A stretch of 64,000 bases of DNA from an uncultured delta proteobacterium. Lineage in GTDB: Bacteria; Myxococcota_A; Polyangia; Polyangiales; Polyangiaceae. The notes beneath the pieces are model-generated. The model made no database searches and had not been told where the DNA came from. It was given only the letters and a program-made list of their open reading frames with translations. The stretch is from the NCBI GenBank assembly GCA_963841435.1, contig CAWJCS010000002.1, forward strand, positions 960,001 to 1,024,000, in the 5' to 3' direction. This document shows, in pieces, positions 11,982-22,924 of this stretch; position 1 is the first letter of the stretch, and the number at the start of each line of letters is the position of its first letter. The position numbers and the translations under genes were made by a program.

Positions 11982-14103
11982 CTAGCGTCGCCGCCCGGGA
12001 CGTCCCCGCGCGGCGGCGGGGTGCTCGGAGCGGCGTGCCGGCGGGCGCTCCGAGCGGCGCGCGGGCGGTGGCTCGGAGCGGCCCGCCGAGCCGTTGCCGC
12101 TCCCCTGTAGACGCTTGAGGTCGTCGCGCAGGCGCGCTGCGGTCTCGAACTCGAGCCGCTCGGCGGCGGCGAACATTTCCTGACGCACCGCCTGGATGCG
12201 TTCGGCGAGGTCCGCGTCGCTGGGACCCTCCGCGGCGGGCGCCGCGTCGTCGCCGCGGCGCTTTCGGGGCACGGCGTAGTAGTCGCTCGTGCCGCTCGCG
12301 GGGTTCATGTCGAAGATCGCGCGCTTGATCGTGGCGGGCGTGATGTTGTGCTCGACGTTGAACGCCGTCTGCAGCGTGCGGCGGCGGTTGGTCTCGTCGA
12401 TCGCGTGGCGCATCGCGTCCGTTATCCGGTCGGCGTACATCAGCACCTGACCGTTGACGTTGCGCGCCGCGCGCCCGATTGTTTGAATGAGCGAGCGCGC
12501 GCTGCGCAAGAACCCTTCCTTGTCGGCATCGAGGATCGCGACGAGGCTCACCTCGGGCAGGTCGAGGCCCTCACGGAGCAGGTTGATGCCGACGAGCACG
12601 TCGAACTCGCCGGCGCGCAGATCCCGCAGGATCTCCACGCGCTCGAGGGTATCGATGTCGGAGTGCAGGTAGCGAACACGCACGCCTAGCTCTGCGTAGT
12701 ACTCCGTCAAATCCTCGGCCATGCGCTTGGTGAGGGTCGTCACGAGCACGCGCTCGTTGACCTCGACGCGTTTTCTGATCTCGCCGAGCAGGTCGTCGAC
12801 CTGGCCCGCTGCGGTGCGCACGAAGATTTCGGGGTCGATGAGGCCGGTCGGACGGATGAGCTGCTCGGCGACCTCGCCGCCGGTCTTGTCGAGCTCGTAG
12901 TCGCCTGGCGTGGCGGACACGAAGATCACGCGCCGCATGTACCCTTCCATCTCGTCGAACTTGAGCGGGCGGTTGTCGAGCGCGCTCGGCAGCCTGAAGC
13001 CGTACTCGACGAGGGTTTCCTTGCGCGAGCGATCGCCGCGGTACATCGAGCCGAGCTGCGGCACCGTTTGGTGCGACTCGTCGATCACCAGCAGGAAGTC
13101 GTCTGGGAAATAGTCGATGAGCGTGGGCGGCGGCTCGCCGGGCGAACGCCCCGAGAGGTGGCGCGAGTAATTCTCGATGCCCTGCACGAAACCCATCTGT
13201 TCGAGCATCTCGAGATCGTAAGAGGTCCGCTGTCCGATGCGCTGCTTCTCGAGGAAGCGTCCGGCCTTGTCGTAGAACTCGAGCCTGTCGCGAAGCTCGG
13301 TGCGAATGCCCTCGATGGAGCGGTTCAGCTGTTGCCTCGGCGTCACGTAGTGCGAGCCGGGGTACACGGCGTACTTTTCGATGTCGCCGAGCACGCGGCC
13401 ACGCAGCGGATCGACCTCGCGAATCGAATCGACCTCGTCGCCGAAGAACTCCACGCGGATCGCGAGGGCCTCCTCGTAGGCCGGAAAGATCTCCACGACG
13501 TCGCCGCGCACGCGGAACGTTCCGCGGTGAAAGTCGGTGTCGTTGCGCTCGTATTGGATGTCGACCAGACGCCGGAGCAGCTCGTCGCGCCGGAGCTCCT
13601 CGCCCTTGACGATCTCGATGAGCAGGCCCGAGTACGTTTCGGCGGAGCCGATGCCGTAGATGCAGCTCACGCTCGCGACGATGATGCACGTCCTCGCGCG
13701 AGAGGAGCGCGTGGGTCGCCGCATGGCGCATGCGGTCGATCTGGTCGTTGATGATGGCGTCCTTCTCGATGAAGGTATCGGTCGTCGGGATGTACGCTTC
13801 CGGCTGGTAGTAGTCGTAGTAGCTCACGAAGAACGCGACGGCCGCCTCGGGGAAGAGGTCGCGCATCTCCGCGTAGAGCTGCGCGGCGAGCGTCTTGTTG
13901 GGCGCGATGATCAGGGTCGGACGCGCGTACTTCTGGATGACGTTCGCGATCGTGAACGTCTTGCCGCTGCCCGTGATGCCGAGCAGCGTCTGGTGGCGGC
14001 GCCCCTCCTCGAGACCGCGGATGAGGCTTTCGATGGCCCGAGGCTGATCGCCTTTGGGCTCGAAGTCGGTGCGTAACTTGAACGGGGCGCGGGCGCCTGC
14101 CAT
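11982..14103 (-). CDS. uvrB: Excinuclease ABC subunit B (apparent +1 frameshift near 13687)
   Basis: [56 protein letters not shown] and C-terminal UVR domain. GAC-GTG-C-ATC has one extra base splitting the ORF. Confidence 0.95.
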
Positions 14104-14194
14104 CGGTGGATCACCAACGTCGCCACGGTTTTCGGCCGGCGACAATCCGACCGGCCCTTTTCGGCCGGTTCTCGCCCCGTTCGCGCGCTTTTTC

Positions 14195-15253
14195 TCAGGG
14201 AAACTGGGCGACCTCGGGCAGTCCCAAGGCGTCCTCCCAGCCGAGCGAAACGTTGAACGCCTGCACGGCCTGGGCCGAGGCCCCCCGGGCCAGGTTGTCG
14301 ATGGCGCCCATGGCAATCACCGTCCCCACGCGCCGGTCGACGGCGTAGCCGACGTGCGCGCGCGCCGAGCCTCGCACCCAGAGCGTGTCGGGCAGCACGC
14401 CGGCGTCGAGCACGCTCACGAGGCCCTGCTGGTAGAAGTCGCGCGCGGCCGCCCGGCAGGCGTCCTCGGTCGCACCGGGCGCGAGCCGGGCGTACGTGGT
14501 GGCGAGGATGCCCCGGGTCATCGGCGCAAGATGGGGCGTGAAGACCACGCTGAGCGGGCCGCCCGCAACGCGCGACAGCTCCTGCTCGATCTCGGGCAAG
14601 TGGCGGTGCGTGCCAGCCACCTTGTACGGCCGGATCCCCTCGGCCGCTTCCGGTAGGTGGTAGGCGGAGCCCGCCGCGCGCCCGGCGCCGCTCACGCCGC
14701 TCTTCGCGTCGACCACGATGCCGTCCTGCTCGACGAGCCCCGCGCGCAAAAGCGGGGCGAGCGGCAGGATGCACGAGGTCGGGTAGCAGCCCGGCGCCGC
14801 GATGAGCCGCGCGCCCGCGAGCTCGTCGCGGTGGAGCTCCGGCAAGCCGTAGACGGCACGCTCGAGCAGCTCCGGGGCGGGGTGCGTCCCGCCGTAGGTC
14901 GCCTCGTACGTGGCGCGGCTCTTGAGACGGAAGTCGGCGGAAAGGTCGACGACGCGGACACCCGCGGCGTGGAGCGCCGCGCCTGCCCGGGCGCTCGCAG
15001 CGTGCGGCAGACAGAGAAACACCACGTTGACCCGCGCGGCGAGCGCGCTCGCCTGCTCGGGCTCGAAGCTTTCGAGCACGAGGTCGCCGACGCCTGCGAC
15101 GCCGAACGTCGACCGCACGACGTCCCCCAGTCGCTTGCCCGCGTTGTCACGCGCCGCGACGACGCGCAGCTCGAGCTTCGGGTGCCGGTGAATGAGACGA
15201 ACGAGCTCGGCGCCCGTGTAGCCGGCAGCGCCGATGATCGCCGTCCTCAGCAT
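14195..15253 (-). CDS. argC: N-acetyl-gamma-glutamyl-phosphate reductase
   Basis: GAAGYTG, DLSADFR, PGCYPT, SGVSGAG, HRHLPEI and DNLARGA motifs. Confidence 0.96.
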   Translation of the reverse strand: MLRTAIIGAAGYTGAELVRLIHRHPKLELRVVAARDNAGKRLGDVVRSTFGVAGVGDLVLESFEPEQASALAARVNVVFLCLPHAASARAGAALHAAGVRVVDLSADFRLKSRATYEATYGGTHPAPELLERAVYGLPELHRDELAGARLIAAPGCYPTSCILPLAPLLRAGLVEQDGIVVDAKSGVSGAGRAAGSAYHLPEAAEGIRPYKVAGTHRHLPEIEQELSRVAGGPLSVVFTPHLAPMTRGILATTYARLAPGATEDACRAAARDFYQQGLVSVLDAGVLPDTLWVRGSARAHVGYAVDRRVGTVIAMGAIDNLARGASAQAVQAFNVSLGWEDALGLPEVAQFP

Positions 15254-15257
15254 CGGG

Positions 15258-15647
15258 CTACCGCTTCGAGTACTGGAAACGCTTGCGCGCTCCCGCCTGA
15301 CCGTACTTCTTTCGCTCCTTCTTACGGTCGTCGCGGGTGAGGTGTCCGGCGCGCTTGAGGACGCGGCGGCGCTCGGGGTCCTCGCGCGTGAGCGCGCGGG
15401 CGATACCGTGGCGCACGGCTTCGGCCTGGGCGCTGTGTCCGCCGCCGGCCACGGTGGCGCGCACGTCGTACTTGTCGACGAGCTCGAGCAGCTCGAGCGA
15501 CTGCCGGGCGATCATGCGCGCGGTCTCACGCTCGAAATACTCTTCGGCGCTCACGCCGTTCACGGTGAGGCCGCCTTGTCCGGCGCCAATCCAAACACGG
15601 GCGACGGCCGTCTTGCGCTTGCCGGTGGAGTAGGTGAGGTCTGTCAT
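15258..15647 (-). CDS. rpsI: 30S ribosomal protein S9
   Basis: GKRKTAVARV, GGGHSAQA, C-terminus ARKRFQYSKR. Confidence 0.98.
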   Translation of the reverse strand: MTDLTYSTGKRKTAVARVWIGAGQGGLTVNGVSAEEYFERETARMIARQSLELLELVDKYDVRATVAGGGHSAQAEAVRHGIARALTREDPERRRVLKRAGHLTRDDRKKERKKYGQAGARKRFQYSKR

Positions 15648-15654
15648 CGGGTTC

Positions 15655-16089
15655 CTAGAGCTTGAAGGGCTCGGGCTTCTGCGCCTGGTGCGGGTGAGCG
15701 CCGTCGCCGTACACCTTCAGCTTCGTGATCATCTGACGGCCGAGCACGTTCTTGGGCAGCATGCCCTTGACCGCGAGTTCGATGGGACGCTCCGGATGGC
15801 GCTCCGAGAGATGCTGGAAGTTCTCGCCGCGGAGGGCGCCCGGGTAACCGCTGTGGGTGTAGTACTTCTTGTCCAGCGCCTTGTTGCCGGTCACCTTGAC
15901 CTGGCCCGCGTTGACGACCACGACGAAGTCGCCCGTGTCGACGTGCGGCGTGTAGGTCACCTTGTGCTTACCGCGGAGCAGCGTGGCAACGCGCGACGCG
16001 AGCCGACCGAGCGGCTGGTCCTTGGCGTCCACGAGCCACCACTTGCGGGTGGCCGCCGCCTCGGCGGGTTTGGCGACGTAGGTTGGCAT
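15655..16089 (-). CDS. rplM: 50S ribosomal protein L13
   Basis: [31 protein letters not shown] and HPHQAQ motifs; upstream of rpsI. Confidence 0.98.
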   Translation of the reverse strand: MPTYVAKPAEAAATRKWWLVDAKDQPLGRLASRVATLLRGKHKVTYTPHVDTGDFVVVVNAGQVKVTGNKALDKKYYTHSGYPGALRGENFQHLSERHPERPIELAVKGMLPKNVLGRQMITKLKVYGDGAHPHQAQKPEPFKL

Positions 16090-16295
16090 CCTGATTTTCC
16101 TGGGGCAGATGGAACGAAGGGGGAGCGCGCCGCCTGGAAGCGGGGGCGAATGCTTAGCGTTCGGCAAAGTTCGAGTCAAGAACCGCCGAACTTCCCGGGG
16201 AAAGCCGTGCCAGGATTGGCTTTCGGCCCCGGGGCCTCCGGGGCAGAGCCCCTTTGGGCAGTCGACACGCTCGATCTACACTACCGAGCCCACCC

Positions 16296-18248
16296 ATGGC
16301 CCAGGCCCCGCAGAGCCGGCTTCTCGAGCGCCTCGTCGCCGAGAAGCTCATCACCCCCGAGCACCAGGAGGCGGCGCTCAACGTGGTCGCGCGGACGGGC
16401 GACCGCATCGAGGAGGCGCTGCTCGAGCTCAAGGCCATCGACGAGCTCACGCTCCTCAAGCATCTCGCGACGGTCAACAAGACGCGCTTCGTCTCGACCG
16501 AGAAGCTCGCCAAGGCCGAGATCGATCCCACGACGCTCGCCAAGGTGCCGCGCAAGCTCGCCGAGCGCGCCATGGTGTTCCCCGTGCTCTACGATCCCCA
16601 GACCGCCACGCTGAGCGTCGTCGTTCCCGACCCGGGCGACATCCAGGCGCTGCAAGACGTGCAGGTGGCCTCGGGGGCCAAGGAGGTGCGGGCGTTCGTG
16701 GCACGGCCGCGCGCCATCAAGGCCGCCGTCGGCAAGGCCTACCTCGGGGACATCCACGCGTTCGCCGCGCTCGACCGCGACGCCCACGCGCAGTTCACGA
16801 CGATGCTCAACGTGTTCGAGCGGAACCTCGTGAGCGAGGAAAGCCTCACGATGTCGCTCGCGCGCGAGGCCACGACGGGTGAGCGCGTCGTCACGGGCGC
16901 CGACCTCGAGCAGGCCGGCAAGGCGGGCGCCTCGCGCTCGGGGCGCGGCCCGCTCGACGATGCCTACCTCCAGACGCTCAACGTGCTCGTGTCGCTGCTC
17001 GAAAACGGCCGCTCCGAGCTGCGCGGCCATTCGGCGCAGGTGGCGCGCCTGATGCGGCGCATCTCCGAGCGCATCGGCGTTTCCGACTTCTTGCTCGGCG
17101 CCCACGCCGTCGCCGCGCACGTGCACGACCTCGGCAAGATGGGCGCGTATCACCTCACGTCCCTCAACGTCGCCGAGTACGAAGGGCACCGCACGTCGGC
17201 AGAGAAGCAGTACCCCGCGCCCCTACAGCTGCTCGAAGCCGTGCGCCTACCCGCGGAGGTGACCCAGACCGTCGAGCACATGTACGAGCGCTACGACGGC
17301 AAGGGCTTCCCCGACAAGCTGAACGGCAAGGAGATCCCGCTCGGCGCGCGCTTGCTCGCGATCACCGACACCTACGCGGATCTCACGCAGAACTCGAAGA
17401 ACCCGTTCCGAAAGACGCTCCGGCCCGCGCAGGCCTGCGAGGTCCTCGCGCGCTTCAAGGGCACGGTGTTCGACCCGAACCTCGTCGACATCTTCATGCA
17501 CACGGTGACGGGCGAGGAGCTCAAGGAGCGGCTGCTCGCCAACCGCCGCCTCGCGCTGATCGTCGACCCCGACCCCGAGGAGACGACGGTGCTCGAGCTC
17601 AGGCTCATCGAGCAGGGCTTCCTCGTCGAGCAAGCGCGCTCGGCGGAGGTCGCGATCAAGCTGCTCGAAAAGGGCGACATCGAGATCGTGATTTCGGAGA
17701 TCGAGCTCGGCGAGGGCACCGATGGCTTCAAGCTGCTCGAGCTCGCGCGCAAGGCCGAGTGGGGGCAGGGACTGCCCTGGGTGTTCGTCACGGGTAGCAG
17801 CGCCGGCATCGACGCCAAGCGCGGCTTCGACCTCGGGGCCGCGGACTACCTGTCGAAGCCGGTGAGCGCCGATCTCCTCGTGGCCAAGCTGCGCCAGATC
17901 CTCGACCGCGAGGCGGCCCGTGGCGGCACCAAGCGCGGCGTCTCCGGGTCGCTGTCGGAGATGAGCCTGCCGGACATGGTGCAGGTGCTCTGGCACGGGC
18001 GAAAGACCGGTGCGCTCAAGATCCGCTCGCGCTCGGGCACGGGCGAAATTCATTTCGTGAGCGGGTCCGTCTACAACGCGCTCTTCGGTAGCCTGCGTGG
18101 CGAGGAGGCGTTCTACGCGATGCTGGCGCTCAAAGAGGGAGACTTCGCCCTCGATCCGAACTTCGTGGCCCCGCAGGAGCTCTTCCAGAAAAGCCCCGAA
18201 GCCTTGCTGCTGGAAGGCATGCGCCGGCTGGACGAAGCAGAGAGATAG
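16296..18248 (+). CDS. Multidomain signalling protein: MshEN/GspE-N-like + HD-GYP-like + receiver + DUF4388
   Basis: N-terminal RLLERLVAEKLIT (MshEN-like); GHSAQVA/HDLGK/ERYDGKGFP/IPLGARLLAITD; REC LIVD..ISEI..FVTG..SKP; C-terminal GSLSEMSLPDMVQ...LLLEGMRRLDE. Confidence 0.85.
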   Translation: MAQAPQSRLLERLVAEKLITPEHQEAALNVVARTGDRIEEALLELKAIDELTLLKHLATVNKTRFVSTEKLAKAEIDPTTLAKVPRKLAERAMVFPVLYDPQTATLSVVVPDPGDIQALQDVQVASGAKEVRAFVARPRAIKAAVGKAYLGDIHAFAALDRDAHAQFTTMLNVFERNLVSEESLTMSLAREATTGERVVTGADLEQAGKAGASRSGRGPLDDAYLQTLNVLVSLLENGRSELRGHSAQVARLMRRISERIGVSDFLLGAHAVAAHVHDLGKMGAYHLTSLNVAEYEGHRTSAEKQYPAPLQLLEAVRLPAEVTQTVEHMYERYDGKGFPDKLNGKEIPLGARLLAITDTYADLTQNSKNPFRKTLRPAQACEVLARFKGTVFDPNLVDIFMHTVTGEELKERLLANRRLALIVDPDPEETTVLELRLIEQGFLVEQARSAEVAIKLLEKGDIEIVISEIELGEGTDGFKLLELARKAEWGQGLPWVFVTGSSAGIDAKRGFDLGAADYLSKPVSADLLVAKLRQILDREAARGGTKRGVSGSLSEMSLPDMVQVLWHGRKTGALKIRSRSGTGEIHFVSGSVYNALFGSLRGEEAFYAMLALKEGDFALDPNFVAPQELFQKSPEALLLEGMRRLDEAER

Positions 18249-18289
18249 GGCTATCCTCGTCGTTCCTCCCTCGCGAGAGGTTTTGGCCC

Positions 18290-19018
18290 TTGTCCAAGGT
18301 ACCTCCGCCAGTTCTCGGGTTCAACAACAACGTCCGCCATCGCGGGAGGATCTTCCACATCCAAACGGAGGATTCCGGCGTGCGTTTCGGTCGCGTCGTC
18401 ACGCATCTATTCGCGGACGGCGGGCGCATCATCAAGACCCAAAAGACGGAGTACGCCGAGCACGTCGAGAAGCACGACGTGTCGAGTATCGTGCGCGGCA
18501 TCATGAAGGAGCAGCATCGCGCGATGTTCATGGCGCTGCGTGCCGGCTCGCTCGACGCTGCGCTCGAGCGAGCGATCGGTCCGCTCTCGGAAGTTCCGCC
18601 GAAGAACGTGCCGCGCCCGCCGCCGACGCCGAACGGCGTCCGCCGCGCCGAGAGCGTTCGCCCACCCCACCCGACGCGCGAAACCGAGCGTCCGCGCGCC
18701 CGTTCCCTGTCGAATCCGGCGCTGCAGGGCGTCGCTCCTTCGGTGTCGCCTCCGTCGGCCGAAGGGTTCGATCTCGACGTGGGCGCGCTCGGCGCTCCGC
18801 CGGCCGCCCCGCACTCTCAGCCGCCGCCGCGCCCGCGCAAGACGGTCCCGCCCCGGCGCAGTCGCCCCCCCGCGCCGCACCGCCCGGCCGCCCAATTTGC
18901 GGGTGCCCCCGAGGCCCGCGCCCGCTCCATCTTCGGTGACGAGGCGATCAGCGAGCAGACGCTCGACGAGGTGATCCTGAGCTACCTCGCCGAAGATCTC
19001 GACGGCTCGGGCGATTGA
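18290..19018 (+). CDS. Hypothetical protein with structured N- and C-termini and a Pro-rich linker
   Basis: TTG start; GFNNNVRHRGRIFHIQTEDSG N-terminus; LDEVILSYLAED C-terminus. Confidence 0.7.
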   Translation: MSKVPPPVLGFNNNVRHRGRIFHIQTEDSGVRFGRVVTHLFADGGRIIKTQKTEYAEHVEKHDVSSIVRGIMKEQHRAMFMALRAGSLDAALERAIGPLSEVPPKNVPRPPPTPNGVRRAESVRPPHPTRETERPRARSLSNPALQGVAPSVSPPSAEGFDLDVGALGAPPAAPHSQPPPRPRKTVPPRRSRPPAPHRPAAQFAGAPEARARSIFGDEAISEQTLDEVILSYLAEDLDGSGD

Positions 19019-19052
19019 GCCGCGACCACCGCCGCTCGCCCGGCCCTGCTGA

Positions 19053-19959
19053 CTACTCGTCCCACTCGCACACGGACGGGATCAGGTGCTCGCAGAGCCG
19101 ATCGTTCCAGCCGGGCACCGTGGTCGGATCCACGCCTTCGGTTGCCCAGAGAAACGCGCAGTGCTCGTAGCAGATGCCCTCGTTGCACGAGCATTGGGTG
19201 TTCTCGGCGCACGAGGTCGGCGAGTTGTTGGGTTGTCCGGCTGACCAAGCGTCGAAGGTCAGCGGCTCTCCCGTGATCCAGGTGTAGAACGTGCCGTCAC
19301 CGGGCTCGAGCGGACCCTTGCCATCGGTCGCGCCGATCCAGACCGGCGCCTCGCCGGCGAGCTCCCAAACGAAAGCGTCCTCGGCGTCGAACTCCGCCCG
19401 CGTGCGGTCGCGCGAGCTGATGGTCACGAGGTGGGCACCGCGGTTCTCGCAGTCGTTCACGGCCTCGTGCCAGGTGCGATCTTGCGAGCGATAGAGGTAG
19501 CAATGGCCGCCGAAGGGCTCGGCGTCGCCGCCGTGTGACGAGCAGTTCGACCGGTGCGGGCTCGCCCGCGATGCCGCCCTCGCCGATCGAGCCGGACACG
19601 CCGCCGCTTCCTCCGAGCGCCGCCCCCGCGCTCCCCCCGCTGCCGATGCCGGCCGTGCCGCCGCTTTCCTGGCCGGCTGCGCCCCCGCCGCCCGAGCCGG
19701 CCGCGCCCGTGCCGCTCGTGCCCACGTTGCCGCTCGCGGCGCCGAGCCCGGCTGCGCTGCCGGCCGTGCCGCCGTCTGCGAGACCGCTCCCAGCCGCGCC
19801 GCTCATCGCTCCCGGCCCGGCACCGGCGCTCTGTTCCACTGCTGCCATCGGTCGATCGAAGAAGCCGCGGTCGTCCACACCACCGCAAGCGACGCCGAGG
19901 AGTGCGACGCTCGCCAACGCACGTCGAGGACGCAGGCGGGACAGGGCGCAAATTCCCAT
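19053..19959 (-). CDS. Gly-rich lipoprotein with C-terminal C-type lectin domain (apparent +1 frameshift near 19546)
   Basis: LLGVAC lipobox, Gly/Ala linker; in the shifted frame FGGHCY..TWHEA..C..GAHLVTI..WIG..W..GQPN..C..WND..C..VCE, the CTL consensus. Confidence 0.8.
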
Positions 19960-20164
19960 TCTTCCGATTATCGCAGAAAACCCCGCCCCAAGCGACGACG
20001 TTGCCGCAGTCGGCGGCGGCACCGGTCGCCTACATTGTCCTCCTTCGAACTTTGCGCTCTTGCGCCCACCGAGCGTTTCTTGGCGCTTCTATCGGCGTCA
20101 CCCGGTTTCGTCGGCCTCGCGCGTCGGGCTCGTCGACCGACGGTGTGGAAATTCGACGTTGTTG

Positions 20165-21190
20165 TTAGAACGTGCCGACGAGGCCCGCCGTGCCGACGCC
20201 GACGTAGGGGCGCGCAACGAATCCCTTCGGCGTGTCGAGGCCGGTGTCGCGCTTCGACCCCGAGGTGACCAGCAACACGAGCCCGACTGCCGCGGCCGGG
20301 ATGCCGACGGCGAAGCTTATCGTAGAGATGGTCGCGATGCTCTTCGCGCTATCGAGCTCGTTGCCCTCGCCGCCGACGCAGCGGTTCTGCGGACAATCGA
20401 GCCCACCCTTCTTGCCGATGGCCATCACGCCCGTCACCGACCCCGCGACGATGCCCACGCCGCCCACGCCGAGCAGCACGTAGGACAGGGTCCGCACACC
20501 GCTGCTTTCACGTTCGACGGGCGGGGGAGGCGGTGGCGGTGCAGGGGGCGGCGCGGGGGGCGGTGCCGCCTCCGTCACGGCGTTCGGATCCGGCGTCAGC
20601 GTCAAGGTCACGGTCTGGTGCCCCGATTCGGCGAGCGTCACGGGCGCCTTCGCGGGGAGGTAGCCCGGTGCCTTCGCCTCGACGTCCCAGGTGCCGGGAT
20701 CGGTCGGGCGCTCGACGCCGATGAGCGCTTGCGGCACGGCGACGCCGCCGACCGTGACCTCGGGGTTCAACCCGCGAGGCTCCACGACGACGGTTAGACG
20801 GGCGATGCGCGGCAGTGCTGCGTCGAGGGCCTTCTTCGCGCGTTCCTGGGCGTCGCGGAAAGCCTTGGGCGCATTCGCCGCGAGCGGCTCGCGCACGACG
20901 CGATTCAAATTCTCGGTGCCGAGCACGATCTGCCCGACGTTGACCTGGCATTCGCCGAGCCGGCCGAGGATCGTCGGCGCGTGGTAGAGCGACTCGGCGC
21001 GCGAGAGCTTCTCGATCGCTTGATCGCACTTGCCGGCGTCGGCAAGCTGCACACCCTGGATCCCGAGCGAGCGCGCGGCGGCGACGTTCTCCGCGTCCTG
21101 CGCGCGAGCGACCCCGGGCGAGAGCAAGCAAAAAGCAGCCACGAGCACAGCGGACGGGCCGCACGAACGCAAAGCAGAAGCCATGAGCAT
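20165..21190 (-). CDS. TPR/PEGA-domain membrane protein
   Basis: Signal peptide, TPR-like helices, PGTWDVEAKAPGY PEGA-like motif, C-terminal TM segments and terminal Phe. Confidence 0.75.
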   Translation of the reverse strand: MLMASALRSCGPSAVLVAAFCLLSPGVARAQDAENVAAARSLGIQGVQLADAGKCDQAIEKLSRAESLYHAPTILGRLGECQVNVGQIVLGTENLNRVVREPLAANAPKAFRDAQERAKKALDAALPRIARLTVVVEPRGLNPEVTVGGVAVPQALIGVERPTDPGTWDVEAKAPGYLPAKAPVTLAESGHQTVTLTLTPDPNAVTEAAPPPAPPPAPPPPPPPVERESSGVRTLSYVLLGVGGVGIVAGSVTGVMAIGKKGGLDCPQNRCVGGEGNELDSAKSIATISTISFAVGIPAAAVGLVLLVTSGSKRDTGLDTPKGFVARPYVGVGTAGLVGTF

Positions 21191-21215
21191 GAGCGCGACT
21201 TTACTCTTGCTCGCC

Positions 21216-21251
21216 GAGACGCGAAAGCGCCCGGAGACGCGAAAGCGCCCG
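21216..21251. repeat. Intergenic 18-bp tandem duplication GAGACGCGAAAGCGCCCG x2
   Basis: Exact copies at 21216-21233 and 21234-21251. Confidence 0.9.
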
Positions 21252-21262
21252 GGCTCGCGCTC

Positions 21263-22816
21263 TCAGAAACCCATGTCGGGGGCGGCCCGCGCGGGGGTGG
21301 GCGGCGGCGCTTGTTTTTCCGTCGCACCCGTGGGTCGTGGCTCGCGGGGGCGGTGACGGACGGCCTTCGCGGCGGCGCGCACGGGCTCCGGGCGCGCTTC
21401 TGCGGTGGGCTCGTCGGGTGCGGCCACGCGCGGCGCGGCCGTTTGGGGGGGCGGTTGCGGGGGTGCGTTCGGCACGGGTGGAATTGCGGGGGAGTCCGCC
21501 GTGGCCGCGGGCGCTCCGGGGGGCGTCTCGATGGGCACGCCGGGGGCGGCGGTCGGCTCCGACGCCGTGTCGCTGGCTCGGCCAATCAGTGCCGCGATGA
21601 GCAGCGTCAGAATGCCGAGCGTCATGCCGGCGGCCGCCCACCAGACGAGCGGCGCATGTCGCCGGCGCGTGCGCGGCGTCGGCACGTGTTCGATGACGAC
21701 GTCCGGCGCGGCGGCTCGGAGGTCTCGCCCGGGCCGGCTCCGGCTGCGTAGCGTCCCCCCGTCGGCGCCGGCGGGCAGCGCTGGGTCGGCGGAACGTCCG
21801 GAAACGGGTGGTGCCTCGTCTCCCATCTGAATCGTGGCCGCGGCGTCGGGCGACATGTGACCGAGCATCGTGCTGCCCGGACCTTCGTCCTCGTCCGTGA
21901 TCGACGGCCGCGTGAGACGCCCGGCGGCGCCGGCCGCGTCCTGCAGGGCATCGATCATCTCGTCGGCGCTGTCGAAGCGATCCTCACGGTCGCGGGCGCA
22001 TGCCTTCTCGAACCAGGTGGAAAGCGCGGGTGGAAGCCAGGGCGCCGCCTTGCGGATCGGCGGCAGCTCCTCGGTGCAGATCGCCACGAGCACGTCGCTG
22101 TAGGAGGGGCCGTCGAAGGCATGGGAGCCCGTCACCATGTTGTAAAAGACCATGCCGAGCGAATAGAGGTCCGCTCTGAGGTCCACGCGGCTTGCGCCAC
22201 GGATTTGCTCGGGGCTCATGAAGAGCGGCGTGCCGACGATCGTGCCGGTCTTCGTGGTGGACGGCGCGTGGGCGTCGGTGAGCTTGGCGACGCCGAAGTC
22301 GAGCACTTTTGCCACCCAGCCGAGCTCGTCGTCGTCGCTCTTCGCGATGAAGATGTTCCCGGACTTGAGGTCGCGATGGATGATGCCCTGGGCGTGCGCG
22401 CGCGCGAGCGCTCGGCCGACGTGCGACGTGATGCGCACCGCGTCGCCGAGCCCGACGTCGTGTTGCCTCGTGAGCCGCTCCTCGAGCGTCTCGCCTTCGA
22501 GGTACTCCATCACGATGTACGGAGTGCCGTCGTGGGTGTGCCCGCTGTCGTAGACCTGCACGACGTGTCGCGACTTGAGCCGAGCGGCCGCCTTCGCCTC
22601 GAGGCTGAAGCGGAGCCGGGCATCGTTGGAGCCGGCCTGCTCGGCGCTGATGAGCTTGATGGCAACCTTCTGGCCGAGCGTCACGTGAACCGCGGCGAAG
22701 ACGGTTCCCATCGCGCCGCGTCCGAGCTCGTGCTCCAGGCGGTACTTGTCCGCGATCACGTCGCCCGGCGAGAAACTGCCGCCGGTGGAGCTGGGAAGGA
22801 CGACGGTGTCGCTCAT
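21263..22816 (-). CDS. Serine/threonine protein kinase (Hanks type, membrane anchored)
   Basis: LGRGAMGTV, VAIK, HRDLK, DFG, GTPLFMSPEQ, DLYSLG; TM helix and Pro-rich tail. Confidence 0.95.
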   Translation of the reverse strand: MSDTVVLPSSTGGSFSPGDVIADKYRLEHELGRGAMGTVFAAVHVTLGQKVAIKLISAEQAGSNDARLRFSLEAKAAARLKSRHVVQVYDSGHTHDGTPYIVMEYLEGETLEERLTRQHDVGLGDAVRITSHVGRALARAHAQGIIHRDLKSGNIFIAKSDDDELGWVAKVLDFGVAKLTDAHAPSTTKTGTIVGTPLFMSPEQIRGASRVDLRADLYSLGMVFYNMVTGSHAFDGPSYSDVLVAICTEELPPIRKAAPWLPPALSTWFEKACARDREDRFDSADEMIDALQDAAGAAGRLTRPSITDEDEGPGSTMLGHMSPDAAATIQMGDEAPPVSGRSADPALPAGADGGTLRSRSRPGRDLRAAAPDVVIEHVPTPRTRRRHAPLVWWAAAGMTLGILTLLIAALIGRASDTASEPTAAPGVPIETPPGAPAATADSPAIPPVPNAPPQPPPQTAAPRVAAPDEPTAEARPEPVRAAAKAVRHRPREPRPTGATEKQAPPPTPARAAPDMGF

Positions 22817-22924
22817 GTCGCGCGCGCCCCCCGTTGCTTCGGGCGTGCTCTTCCAGTCTACGCCGCCCCGGCGGATCGGCGCCAATCTGCGGCAAAACGG
22901 CCAACATTTGCTCGCAGCCCGCGG

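Noticed and set aside
13680-13700. Programmed frameshift or true pseudogene in uvrB
   Set aside because: No slippery sequence, both halves are fully conserved, and similar +1 indels recur across the window; sequencing error is more likely.
16090-16290. Ribosomal leader or riboswitch upstream of rplM
   Set aside because: No structure could be assigned by eye; an Rfam search would be needed.
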